Of a stretch of 64,000 bases of DNA, positions 41,743 through 51,233 are shown piece after piece (positions within the stretch are counted from its first letter, which is position 1; each line of letters starts with the position of its first letter). Made by a program: the position numbers and the translations under genes. The stretch is taken from NCBI GenBank assembly GCA_963768665.1, contig CAVYIU010000007.1:135308-199307 (forward strand), read 5' to 3'. This stretch comes from an uncultured Spirochaetota bacterium. Its GTDB lineage: Bacteria > Spirochaetota > Spirochaetia > SZUA-6 > Fen-1364. The notes beneath the pieces are model-generated. The model saw only the letters and a program-made list of their open reading frames with translations, did no database searches and was not told where the DNA came from.

Positions 41743-42102
41743 GTGAAGCGTATTGCATTTCTCGTTGGTTCGGCCTTTCTCCTGCTTTCCGGCTTTTCAG
41801 CGTTTGCCAGTGAGTACAGGCCAATGGATCCCACGTCACAGGTTGTCGTCGCATCTGCCGCGGCGAGCGCCCAGGAGACCATGGTCGCCACTGCTCCCAG
41901 CTGGGAGGGCATGACGGCTTCTCAGCTCATTCAGCAGCTCGGCGAGCCCAACTTCAAGTCCGTTGCCGCGAATGGCGACACGATTTATGATTTCAATCGG
42001 CCCGCAGGAATCGTCCAGGGCAGGACCAGCCTTACTCAGCTGGAATTCGTCCTTGACGGCTCGGGCGTTGTCGTGAGCGAGTCGAGCTCCTGGCTCGGAT
42101 AA
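41743..42102 (+). CDS. small secreted protein (SmpA/OmlA-BamE-like motif, no lipobox)
   Basis: GTG after TAGGAGGA. Signal peptide MKRIAFLVGSAFLLLSGFSAFA. GMTASQLIQQLGEPN resembles the BamE-family motif. Confidence 0.55.
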   Translation: MKRIAFLVGSAFLLLSGFSAFASEYRPMDPTSQVVVASAAASAQETMVATAPSWEGMTASQLIQQLGEPNFKSVAANGDTIYDFNRPAGIVQGRTSLTQLEFVLDGSGVVVSESSSWLG

Positions 42103-42175
42103 CAACCTGACCGAGGCACGGGAGCCGCACCGGTCCGTTTCCTGCCCGCGCGGCAGACAGGATCATCCATAGTGA

Positions 42176-42216
42176 AGCGTCCACTTGCCCCTCCCGGCAG
42201 GTGGACGCTCTTTTTA
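42176..42216 (+). terminator. rho-independent terminator
   Basis: AGCGTCCAC, a 16-nt loop, GTGGACGCT, then CTTTTT. Confidence 0.7.
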
Positions 42217-42272
42217 AAGGCGAGCGGACCGGGACGGGGTGATGGAGCGCTCCAGGACCGCGACGCTCCTGC

Positions 42273-43079
42273 CTACTTCTTCTTTTCGGCGGTCAGCTTC
42301 ACGGCAATGCAATCGTAGAGAAGCCTGTCGGGCTGGAACGACGCCACTGAGCGCGTGATGATCCTGTAGCCGGCCCTGTCGAACGGGGCCTGCGTGGCAA
42401 GGGGCGCCGCGAGGTCACCGGCAGTTTCCAGCTGCGCCACGAGGTCCCTGTCCTGCGCCAGGATGAGGGGACGGCCGCCGGGCACGATCACCATGGTCAC
42501 CGGGAGTAGGTTCAGGGCGGACAGCGCGTCGGACGGCAGCGTCTCGGCGAGCGCCGAGACCGCCTGTCGCGCCTCGAGCTGGATCATCCGCGCTTTCACG
42601 TCCGGCAGCGCGCTCTCCACGGCAGCGGTCAGCAGGTCGATGAGGCGGTTGCGCACCTCGCCGAGGTCTTTCGCCTCCGACAGCTCCCCGAGGGCGGGGT
42701 TGGCGTGGATGGCCTTCGCGAGACCCGAGATCTCGCGCAGGTAGACGTTCTTCTGGGAATCCGGGATGTAGTGCATCACCACGATGCGCACGGGTTTCCC
42801 GTCGGGAGCGCCATACTCGATGCCAACGGGGCTCCAGCCGATCGCACAATGAAGCTCACCCTCGCCGGGCACCCGCCCGTGGGGGCACGCCCACCCGAGG
42901 GTGATGCCGGTATTGGCTGCCTTCTCGCGTGTCATGACGGCCGCGTTGAAGTCGATACCGGCCCGGAAATCGGGGATGGCCTCGATGAGCGTGCCCAGGT
43001 ACTGCAGGCTCTTGGTCTTGTCCGCCTCGGGCAGCTCGATGAGACGGCCTTCCTGCAGGGCGTCGAGGAGACTTTTCAT
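42273..43079 (-). CDS. PTS EIIA(Ntr/Fru-type, EIIA_2) domain protein with an uncharacterised C-terminal domain
   Basis: Intact 268-aa ORF. GITLGWACPHGRV has the G.A.PH phospho-His context of EIIA_2 domains. The ATG lies 1 nt after the mgtA stop. Confidence 0.6.
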   Translation of the reverse strand: MKSLLDALQEGRLIELPEADKTKSLQYLGTLIEAIPDFRAGIDFNAAVMTREKAANTGITLGWACPHGRVPGEGELHCAIGWSPVGIEYGAPDGKPVRIVVMHYIPDSQKNVYLREISGLAKAIHANPALGELSEAKDLGEVRNRLIDLLTAAVESALPDVKARMIQLEARQAVSALAETLPSDALSALNLLPVTMVIVPGGRPLILAQDRDLVAQLETAGDLAAPLATQAPFDRAGYRIITRSVASFQPDRLLYDCIAVKLTAEKKK

Positions 43080-43080
43080 C

Positions 43081-45691
43081 TCAATCGACTCCGAATCTCT
43101 TGAAGAACCAGGTCTTCACGAAGTGCGCGAGCGCGCAGTACAGGAGGAGGAAGCCGCCGATCCACGCCCAGTAGATGGCCGGCAGCGGCACGAGCCCGAG
43201 GTAGCCGGCAAAGGGCGTGTAGGGAAGCGCAATCCCGATGGCCATGACGAGAAAGGTGAAGAAGTACATCACCGGGCTCGCCCTGCTCTGGATGAACGGG
43301 ATTTTTCTCGTTCGGATGACGTGGACGATAAGGGTCTGCGTGAGGATGGACTCCACGAACCACCCGGTGTGGAACAGCGCCTCCAGGGCAGGCCGCGCAG
43401 CGGCACTGGCGGTGAGCCACGCGGAGCACCCGAAGAACCACCACATGAGGCCGAATGTGGCGTAGTCGAAGATGGAGCTTGTGGGACCGAGGAAAATCAT
43501 GAACCGCTGGATATTGCCGATGTTCCACTTGCGCGGCACCTGGCTGAACTCCGGGTCCACGCGGTCCGACGGGATGCCGATCTGGCTCACGTCGTAGAGC
43601 ATGTTGTTCAGCAGGACCTGGATGGGGAGCATGGGCAGGAAGGGGATGAAAATGCTGCTTCCCACCACGCTGAACATGTTGCCGAAGTTGGAGCTGGCCC
43701 CCATGCGGATGTACTTGATGATGTTCCCGAAGACCTTGCGGCCCTCGATGATGCCCGCGTCCAGGACGAGGAGGCTCTTTTCCAGAAGGACGATGTCCGC
43801 CGCGTCCTTGGCGACGTCCACGGCCGTATCCACCGAGATCCCGACATCCGCCCTTTTCAGGGCCGGAGCGTCGTTGATGCCGTCACCGAGGAAGCCCACG
43901 ACATGGCCCTTGTTCTGGAGGACCTGGATGACCTGCTCCTTCTGGCTGGGTGAAAGCCGCGCGAGGACCGTTGCTTTTTCCGCCGTCTCTGCAAGCTGCT
44001 CCGGCGTGAGACTGGCAAGCTGCGGGCCTGTCACCAGGTGTTCAACATCGATGCCGACGTCCTTGCAGACCTTGCGGGTGACGAGGTCGTTATCACCCGT
44101 GAGGATTTTCACCGCGACACCGGCGTCCTTGAGGGCCTTCAGGGCCTGCGCCGTTGTCTCCTTGGGAGGATCGAAAAAGGCGATGTAGCCCAGGAGGATC
44201 ATGTCGCTCTCATCCGCCGCGGCGAACGTGGTCTTGTCCCGGGGGAACTCCCGGTAGCCGATGGCGAGCACCCGGTAGCCGTCCGCGCTGAGCGCCTCGT
44301 AGTCCTCCAGGACATCCTGCTTGATCATGTCGATAAGCGGGAAGACGTCATCCTCCACCTGGTAGGAGGAGCAGACCTTGAAGACGTCCTCCACGGCTCC
44401 CTTGCAGATCAGGACGCTGTCCCCTTCGTACTCCACCACCACGGACATGCGCTTGCGGGTGAAATCGAAGGGGATCTCGTCCACCTTGCTGCAGCGGCGT
44501 TCCACCTCGAACTCGCCGTGGGCGAGGACGGCCCGGTCCAGCAGGTTGCGCAGGCCCGTCTGGTAAAAGCTGTTCATGTAGGCGTAGCGCAGGACCTCGT
44601 CGCTCTGCTTGCCGGAGACATCCACGTACTTTTCAAGGATGACCCTGTCCTGGGTCAGCGTTCCGGTCTTGTCGGTGCACAGCACGTCGATGGCGCCGAA
44701 GTTCTGGATGGAGTTCAGGCGCTTGACGATGACCTTCTTCTTCGACATCGCGAGGGCGCCCTTGGCGAGGTTCACCGTGACGATCATGGGGAGCATCTCG
44801 GGGGTCAGGCCAACCGCAACCGCAAGGCCGAAGAGGAGCGCGTCGATCCAGTTGTGCTTGGTGATGCCGATGATGAGGAACACGATGGCCACCATCACCA
44901 CCATGAAGCGGATCATGAGCCATGTGAAACCGGCGATCCCCTTGTCGAAGCTCGTCTTCGTCCGCTGGCCGGCGAGCTTGCGGGTGATGGCGCCGAAGTA
45001 GGTCCGGGCGCCGGTGTTCACCACCACGCCGCGGGCCGTCCCCGACAGGACGTTGGTCCCCTGGAAGCACGCGTTGGGAAGCTCCAGCGCCGCCTTCATC
45101 CCCGCCGGGGCAGAGGTGGTCTTCTCGACGGGCATGGACTCCCCGGTAAGGGCGCTCTGGCTCACGTAGAAGTCCTTGGTAGCGAAGAGCCGCAGGTCGG
45201 CGGGGACCAGCGTCCCGGCGTCCAGCACGACGATGTCCCCGGGGACGATCTCGGCGAGCGGGATTTCCGTTTCCTTCCCGTCCCGCTTGACGTTCACGGT
45301 GGTCCGGACCATCGCCTGGAGTTTTTCGACTGCCCGTCCCGAGCGTTCCTCCTGGAAGGAAGAGAGACCGACGCTGATGAGCACCATGCCGGCCACGACG
45401 ATGAAGGACCGCAGGTCCCCCATGATCAGTGAGACCCCGGGCAATGATCAGGAGCTGGATCACGAGGGGGTTGGCGACGCGATGGTAGGTGCGCAGGAGC
45501 ACTCCGCCCTGCTTGATCGCGACCTCGTTGAGGCCCCAGGTGCGCCGCTTCTCCTCGACTTCTTCCTCGGTGAGGCCGCCCTCCCTGCTGGCCAGCCGTG
45601 AGAGGCAGTCCTCCGGGGACAGTGAGCACGCCTCGATGAGCGTCCGTTCCTGGTCGGTCGTGGTCACGGGGCTCTGGCGTCCCATGGGCAT
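43081..45691 (-). CDS. mgtA: magnesium-translocating P-type ATPase; one frame break near 45440
   Basis: [33 protein letters not shown] and the MgtA-typical LLNNMLYDVSQIGIPSDRVDPEF..VPRKWN. The N-terminus (MPMGRQSP...GLTEEEVEEKRRTWGLNEV) is in another frame. Confidence 0.9.
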
Positions 45692-45772
45692 CGTTCTAAC
45701 CCCATGAGAAGAGAGCGTCAAGCCGGAACGGTGCTCTATACCTTCAGGCCCCCGGTGAACTATACTTTGTTC

Positions 45773-46264
45773 ATGAGCAGTATTTATGATTTCGTCATGA
45801 AAGACATCGACGGCAAGGAAAAGCCTCTGTCGGAGTATGCCGGCAAGGTCCTCCTGATAGTGAATGTCGCCAGCAAGTGCGGTTTCACCCCCCAGTACAC
45901 CAACCTGCAGAGGTTGTACACGCGCTACAAGGACCGCGGCTTCGAGATCCTTGGCTTTCCCGCCAACGATTTCGGTCACCAGGAGCCGGGCACGGAAGCC
46001 GAGATCAAGACCTTCTGCAGCACGACCTACGGCGTGACCTTCCCGATGTTCTCCAAGATCACCGTGAAGGGGAGCGATATCCATCCCCTCTACGCGTACC
46101 TTACCGGAAAAGACACGAACCCGAAGTTCGCCGGCAAGATCACCTGGAACTTCAACAAGTTCCTCGTGGACCGCAAGGGAAACGTCCTGGCCCGTTTCGA
46201 TTCGAAGGACGATCCCCTGGGCGACAAGATCCCCCGCCTGGTAGAACCGGCCCTGAGCGCCTAG
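45773..46264 (+). CDS. glutathione peroxidase (Cys-type)
   Basis: LLIVNVASKCGFTPQY, GFPANDFGHQEPG and WNFNKFLV. The catalytic residue is a Cys codon, not TGA. Confidence 0.9.
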   Translation: MSSIYDFVMKDIDGKEKPLSEYAGKVLLIVNVASKCGFTPQYTNLQRLYTRYKDRGFEILGFPANDFGHQEPGTEAEIKTFCSTTYGVTFPMFSKITVKGSDIHPLYAYLTGKDTNPKFAGKITWNFNKFLVDRKGNVLARFDSKDDPLGDKIPRLVEPALSA

Positions 46265-46354
46265 CCATGGAGGGCGAGGGCGAGCCCGGGGCGGCAGCGA
46301 TCCGCGAAGCGGATTCGCGGGAGCCCAAGTCCAAGGATGGACGGAAGCGAGCCC

Positions 46355-46370
46355 CTAGGAGCGCGTAGGG
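46355..46370. repeat. IS left terminal inverted repeat
   Basis: CTAGGAGCGCGTAGGG. Confidence 0.85.
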
Positions 46371-46445
46371 CGTAGATGCCCGTGGCGACCTCAAGGGAAC
46401 GCCCGGGGAATTTACTTTCTCACCTGGATCTGGTTCTCTGTTGAT

Positions 46446-47960
46446 GTGGGAGAGAAAAACTATCGCCCTTGGGAGCCGCGGCAACCATACCTATTGCCCC
46501 CGTCTCCGCTGGAATGGCTGCCCCCGAAACACCTGGCCTACTTCGTGCTGGATGTGATGGAGCAGATGAATCTGGGCGAGATCGAGGATGAGGTCCAACG
46601 CAAGGATCACCGCGGGGAGAGGCCCTACGCGATCGGAATGATGACGGGGCTTCTGGTGTATGGATATAGTGTTGGGGTGTTCTCCTCTCGGCGAATTGCG
46701 CGGGCCACGCATGAAGATGTGGCTTTTCGAGTGATCAGTGGTGGCCAGCATCCGCACTTCACCACGATCAACCAGTTTCGACTGGAGCACGGGGAAGCGC
46801 TGGGCAGGCTGTTCGTGGAGGCGCTGCGCCTGTGCCAGGAGGCCGGACTGGTGAAGCTGGGGGCAGTAGCGCTGGATGGGGCGAAGATCAAGGCGGCAGC
46901 GAGCAAGCACAAGGCGATGAGCTACAAGCGGATGAACGAGGAAGAGAAACGTCTACAGGAGCAGGTGGCGGAGCTGCTGCGACGCGCCGATGAGGTGGAT
47001 CGGGAGGAGGATGAGTTGTACGGGCCCGGGCAGGACAAAGAGGATCTGCCTGAGGAATTGGCCCGACGGGAGACACGCTTGCTGCGGCTTCGCGAGGCGA
47101 AGGCCGCCTTGGAAAAGGAAGCCGCCGAAACCAGAGCTGAGGAGTTGCGCGAGCAGGCCCAGCGGCAGAGCGCCAAAAGCGAGGGCGAAGCGCTGGCGGA
47201 CCACGAGCGCAAACGTGCACGCACCCGCGCGGCGAAAGCCAGCCAGCAGGCCGACGCCCTTGCTCCCGAGAGGAACAGCGAAAAGAAGAAGGGAAGTAGG
47301 CAGCCAGAGTTGCCCTTGCATCGGGTAGCCAGCGAGATGGACGGCAAGCCCAAGGCGGCAGCGCAACGCAACTTCACAGATCCAGAGAGCTGCATCATGG
47401 TCAAGGACGGGGCCTACATCCAGGCCTACAACGCACAGGTCATCGTGGATGCAGCTCACCAGGTGATCATCGCCCACGGGGTGAGCAACCAGTCTCCCGA
47501 CCAGGAGTACCTGGTGCCGATGGTGGAGAGAATGCTCAGCATGCATGCCCAGCGGCCCCAGAGGCTTCTGGCTGATAGCGGCTACTTTTCAGCAGACAAC
47601 GTGCAAAAGGTGCAGGAGCGTGGGATTGATCCCTACATCGCCGTCGGCCGCGAGAGGACTGAGGCCGCCGTCCCATCGGGGGGTTCTGCTGGGCAGCAGA
47701 GTCCCAAGACTCTCATGCGTGAGAAACTGAAAGGGAGCGCGGGCAAGGTGGTGTATTCACGGCGCAAGGTGATCGTGGAACCCGTCTTCGGGCAGATTGA
47801 GCAGGCGCGCGGCTTCCGTAGGTTCTCACAACGCGGGCGCGCGAAGGTGCGCCGCGAATGGGCCTTCGTCTGCCTGACGCACAATCTGCTGAAACTGTTC
47901 CGTCACAGGATGATTGAAGGCCCTGAAAACGCGTTGCATGAGCTTCCGTGCATGGGGTAG
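46446..47960 (+). CDS. IS1182-family DDE transposase
   Basis: GTG start. N-terminus YRPWEPRQPYLLPPSPLEWLPPKHLAYFV, a central coiled-coil/charged region, DPESCIMVKDGAYIQAYNAQVIVD, LLADSGY and VEPVFGQIE. Confidence 0.88.
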   Translation: MGEKNYRPWEPRQPYLLPPSPLEWLPPKHLAYFVLDVMEQMNLGEIEDEVQRKDHRGERPYAIGMMTGLLVYGYSVGVFSSRRIARATHEDVAFRVISGGQHPHFTTINQFRLEHGEALGRLFVEALRLCQEAGLVKLGAVALDGAKIKAAASKHKAMSYKRMNEEEKRLQEQVAELLRRADEVDREEDELYGPGQDKEDLPEELARRETRLLRLREAKAALEKEAAETRAEELREQAQRQSAKSEGEALADHERKRARTRAAKASQQADALAPERNSEKKKGSRQPELPLHRVASEMDGKPKAAAQRNFTDPESCIMVKDGAYIQAYNAQVIVDAAHQVIIAHGVSNQSPDQEYLVPMVERMLSMHAQRPQRLLADSGYFSADNVQKVQERGIDPYIAVGRERTEAAVPSGGSAGQQSPKTLMREKLKGSAGKVVYSRRKVIVEPVFGQIEQARGFRRFSQRGRAKVRREWAFVCLTHNLLKLFRHRMIEGPENALHELPCMG

Positions 47961-48064
47961 CCACCAAAGAGGACGGGATGTGAGAGTTCACTACCAGATG
48001 AACGCGGCGCCCTGGGCTCGACCGGCAGCCAGCTGCCGCAGAGGTCCATCGCGTCCCTGCTATA

Positions 48065-48080
48065 CCCTACGCGCTCCTAG
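48065..48080. repeat. IS right terminal inverted repeat
   Basis: CCCTACGCGCTCCTAG. It overlaps the last codons and the stop of the minus-strand gene 48067..49218. Confidence 0.85.
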
Positions 48081-49218
48081 ACCCCGGGAAGAAAGCGCTG
48101 CCCAGCCCGAACATCTTCTCCTTGAGGTCGAGGTAGAAGAGGTAATCCTTCGGCTTCACGTTCGGCGGGCAGCGGTGGTCACAGAACGGGATGTAGCCGC
48201 CGCGCTCCACGATCGGCACGAGGGTCTCCAGGTACGCGCGGATGGCAACCGGGCCCTTGCCGAGCTGGATCTTGTCCACCCCGCCCATGATGCGCAGGTC
48301 CCTGCCGTACTCGTCCAGCAGCGCCCTCGGATGCGTGCACGAGTTGACCTCGAACGGAAAAAGGCAGTTGATGCCCCCTTCCAGGAAGAGCGGGAGGAGG
48401 GGACGGACGTCACCGTCGCAGTCCGTGTACCACAGGTCGATGCCGGCACGGTGCAGCTTCGCGCTGATGCGCTTGTAGCGGGGCACGATCACCCGGCGGA
48501 AAAACTCCACGGAGACGATCGGCCCGTTCTTGAACGCGATGTCCTCCCACCCCGAGGCGAAGTCGAAATCGATGCGGCCCAGCACCTGGTCGAGGAAGTC
48601 CTCCACGAGCAGGCACGAGGTCTCCACCATGTCCTCCACCATGTCGGGGTAGTCGTAGACGGCGTAGGCGAGCCCCTCGAGCGTGAGCACGTCGCGGATG
48701 CGCCCGATCATGGAGCCGCAGTCGACGCCCAGCGGGTAGGCCCGGTCCGGCGGGTGCGCCCGGCGCAGGGCTTCCACGTCGACGCGCCGCTCGGGATCGT
48801 CACGGCGGAAACGCTCGGCCTTGACGCGCTTCCAGTCATCGTCGGTCACCACGGATGCCTTGATGAAGTGGGGGATGGTGTCGTGGCCGTCCCGCGGGAC
48901 CTCTGCCAGCAGGCCGTCCTGGTTCATCAGTGTTTTCGTCGTGGCCGTCTCCGCCACCACCCTGCCCGGGAACACGGGGTTCATCCAGCGCGGCATGCCG
49001 ATGCCCGCGAACCTGTCGAAGCTGAAGAACAGGTCCGCTTCCTCGTTCGTGCGGATGCCGTTCTCCACGAAGATGTCCCACCGCGTGAAGTTCTCGTCCC
49101 AGTAGCCGAACTCCATGTTGAACGACCGGTCCACGGTGCGGTAGTGCATCTGGTTGTTGAAACGCTCGCGGGCAGTAAGGGGGCCTTTCCAGGCCGGGCG
49201 GCATGGCGTGATGCTCAT
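48067..49218 (-). CDS. URO-D superfamily protein; last codons and stop supplied by the IS end
   Basis: 383 aa from MSITPCRPAW. URO-D-like C-terminal half (WYTDCDGD, LFPFE, IPFCDHRCPP). The terminal ...PG-SRSA-stop is encoded by the IS right repeat. Confidence 0.65.
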   Translation of the reverse strand: MSITPCRPAWKGPLTARERFNNQMHYRTVDRSFNMEFGYWDENFTRWDIFVENGIRTNEEADLFFSFDRFAGIGMPRWMNPVFPGRVVAETATTKTLMNQDGLLAEVPRDGHDTIPHFIKASVVTDDDWKRVKAERFRRDDPERRVDVEALRRAHPPDRAYPLGVDCGSMIGRIRDVLTLEGLAYAVYDYPDMVEDMVETSCLLVEDFLDQVLGRIDFDFASGWEDIAFKNGPIVSVEFFRRVIVPRYKRISAKLHRAGIDLWYTDCDGDVRPLLPLFLEGGINCLFPFEVNSCTHPRALLDEYGRDLRIMGGVDKIQLGKGPVAIRAYLETLVPIVERGGYIPFCDHRCPPNVKPKDYLFYLDLKEKMFGLGSAFFPGSRSA

Positions 49219-49285
49219 GGCCGCCGACGCTATCACGCGCCGGGGCTGCTGTACAGCGGTGGCAGTCCGGGGCAACCATCTTCCC

Positions 49286-49918
49286 ATGAGCGAAGCAACG
49301 AACAGAGGCCCCGCCTACCGCGCGGTCACGAATCGTCTCGTCATCCGCTGCTGGAGCCCGTCCGACGCCCCGCTGCTGTCCGCGGCCGTTGAAAGCAGCA
49401 TCGACCACCTGCGGCCGTGGATGCCGTGGGCCCTGCAGGAACCGGTGAGCCTCGACGCGCGCGTGGCGCGGCTGCGCAGCTTCCGGGGCGCGTTCGACCT
49501 CGGAACGGATTTCGTCTACGGGATCTTCGACAGGGATGAGGGAGAAGTGGTGGGGGGAACCGGCCTCCACACGCGCCTGGGTCCCGGCGCGCGGGAGATC
49601 GGCTACTGGATAGCGAAGCGGCACGTGCGCCGGGGGTTTGCCACGGAGGCCGCCGCGGCGCTCACCCGGGTAGCCTTCCTGGTTGACGGCGTTGATCGCG
49701 TGGAGATCCACTGCGACCCCCGCAACACGGCGAGCGCCGCCGTGCCCCGCAGGCTCGGCTACGTGCACGAAGCAACCCTCATGCGCCGCATCCAGGGCTC
49801 TGACGGTGTCCTGCATGACTCGATGATCTGGACCATGCTGAAAGACGCCTTCCCCGGCAGCCCCTGCGCACAGGCCTCTGTCGAGGCGTACGACGTGATC
49901 GGGAAGAAGCTCCTGTAG
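49286..49918 (+). CDS. GNAT family N-acetyltransferase (RimJ/RimL-like)
   Basis: LVIRCWSPSDAP, EIGYWIAKRHVRRGFATEAA and VEIHCDPRNTASAAV.RRLGY. Confidence 0.78.
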   Translation: MSEATNRGPAYRAVTNRLVIRCWSPSDAPLLSAAVESSIDHLRPWMPWALQEPVSLDARVARLRSFRGAFDLGTDFVYGIFDRDEGEVVGGTGLHTRLGPGAREIGYWIAKRHVRRGFATEAAAALTRVAFLVDGVDRVEIHCDPRNTASAAVPRRLGYVHEATLMRRIQGSDGVLHDSMIWTMLKDAFPGSPCAQASVEAYDVIGKKLL

Positions 49919-49943
49919 GCCCGCCGACGCGCAGCGCCGGGAC

Positions 49944-51233
49944 TCAGCGCTCCGGCATCTTTTCCGGCGGGACGCGCAGCTCGTGGACGTCCAGCCCGAT
50001 TCTGCCGGCGCCGCCGCGCCGCCGCGCCGCGCCCTTGAGCTCGGGACTGTCCAGGTGGTCACGCGTGCGGTAGTAGCGCGCCTTCGACGCCAGGGCGCTG
50101 GGGCTCTCCACCGTGACCTGGCGGAACTGGAAGGCCAGGTTCTCATCGCTTGCCAGGAGGTTCTTCACCCCGTCCACCTGGTCGGCAGGAACGCCTGCCA
50201 TGCTCATGATCTCCCCGATGCCCAGCGGCAGCGTGTGGGGCTTCGTGCCGGCGAGCGAGATGCGCTCCTCCAGCAGCTTGTTCTCCAGCAGGACGTAGGT
50301 GCGCGTGGCGGGGTTGTCATACCCGCGGGCGCGCAGGCGGATGAAAGTGAACCAGAGCCTCTGGCTGAGCGCCGCGAGGATGCGGCCGACCGTAGCCGGT
50401 GACTTCTGGAACACGGAGGCGAGCGAGGCGCGCGACACCGGCAGGAGGGCGGTTTCACTGACCGCGATAGCCGTGGCGCTGCGCGGCGAGGAGGAAACGA
50501 TGGACAGCTCGCCGAAGATGTCGCCTTCCCTGAGGATGGAGAGCAGGATCTCCTCGGGAGGCGCCGTCTTCTGGATCTCCACCTTCCCCGACCTGATGAT
50601 GTACAGCTCGTCCCCCGGCTCGTACTCGCAGAAGACGAGCTGGCCGTCGGCGTACACGCGGAACAGCCCACGCTGCACCGGGGGAGGGCTGGCTTTCCCC
50701 TTCAGGGCGGCGAGCACCTTTGCCGCCGGGCCGGCATGCATGCCCTTCGGGAACCGGCGCTGGTAGACCTCCAGGGCGTGGATGGTATGCGCATTGCGGC
50801 CGCGGGACTGCATGTGGCGCGCCAGCGCGAAGAGGTGGGCGTCGTCATCCGCCGCCGCCGCTTCCTCCGACGGCCCTGCCATCATGTCGTCGTACGCGCG
50901 GAGCTCCTGCGCGAAGTAGGAGATGACACGACCGGCCAGCTCGGGGTTGGCTTGCACCGATTCGATGAACCGGTCCCGGCCGAGGACCGCGCAGGTGCAG
51001 TCGGTGCGCGCCACCGCGGATTCCATGCGGGGACGGCGCGAAAGGGAGGAGGTGAACCCGAAGATGTCGCCGGGTCCCATGACCGGGCGGAACACGGGCA
51101 TGCCGGGGTTCCCCTTCAGCTCCACCTCGCCGGATTCGACGACGAAGACCTCTTCGCTGTCCTCCTCGGACTCGATGTAGAGGACCGCGCCCTTGCGGTA
51201 GCTCTTCTTCCCTGACTCATCCACGGCTGGCAC
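49944..51233 (-). CDS. protein with two cyclic-nucleotide-binding (CAP_ED) domains
   Basis: Two copies of the GD.FGE/F...R.A.A pattern ([23 protein letters not shown] and [22 protein letters not shown]). No recognisable DNA-binding HTH. Confidence 0.75.
   Translation of the reverse strand: MPAVDESGKKSYRKGAVLYIESEEDSEEVFVVESGEVELKGNPGMPVFRPVMGPGDIFGFTSSLSRRPRMESAVARTDCTCAVLGRDRFIESVQANPELAGRVISYFAQELRAYDDMMAGPSEEAAAADDDAHLFALARHMQSRGRNAHTIHALEVYQRRFPKGMHAGPAAKVLAALKGKASPPPVQRGLFRVYADGQLVFCEYEPGDELYIIRSGKVEIQKTAPPEEILLSILREGDIFGELSIVSSSPRSATAIAVSETALLPVSRASLASVFQKSPATVGRILAALSQRLWFTFIRLRARGYDNPATRTYVLLENKLLEERISLAGTKPHTLPLGIGEIMSMAGVPADQVDGVKNLLASDENLAFQFRQVTVESPSALASKARYYRTRDHLDSPELKGAARRRGGAGRIGLDVHELRVPPEKMPER

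Larger units (their letters stand above)
46355..48080 (+). mobile_element. IS1182-family insertion sequence (about 1.7 kb)
   Basis: Bounded by perfect 16-bp inverted repeats, CTAGGAGCGCGTAGGG at 46355-46370 and its reverse complement at 48065-48080. Contains a single transposase ORF. Confidence 0.85.

Noticed and set aside
45692-45772. Mg2+ (M-box) riboswitch upstream of mgtA; likewise upstream of the corA-like gene (25335..25434) and a SAM riboswitch before metA (17361..17427)
   Set aside because: The leaders are only about 65-100 nt, too short for these aptamers. None of the conserved cores I know could be recognised.
45773-46264. Selenocysteine recoding in the glutathione peroxidase
   Set aside because: The active-site codon is TGC (Cys) in ASKCGFT. 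There is no in-frame TGA and no SECIS-like hairpin.
46270-46354. Degenerate third copy of the tandem-repeat family at the IS left flank (three GAGCCC words, small palindromes around 46298-46318)
   Set aside because: The spacings (39 and 28 nt) are not periodic and the similarity to the 20/24-bp units is limited to a few bases. It could be chance in GC-rich DNA.
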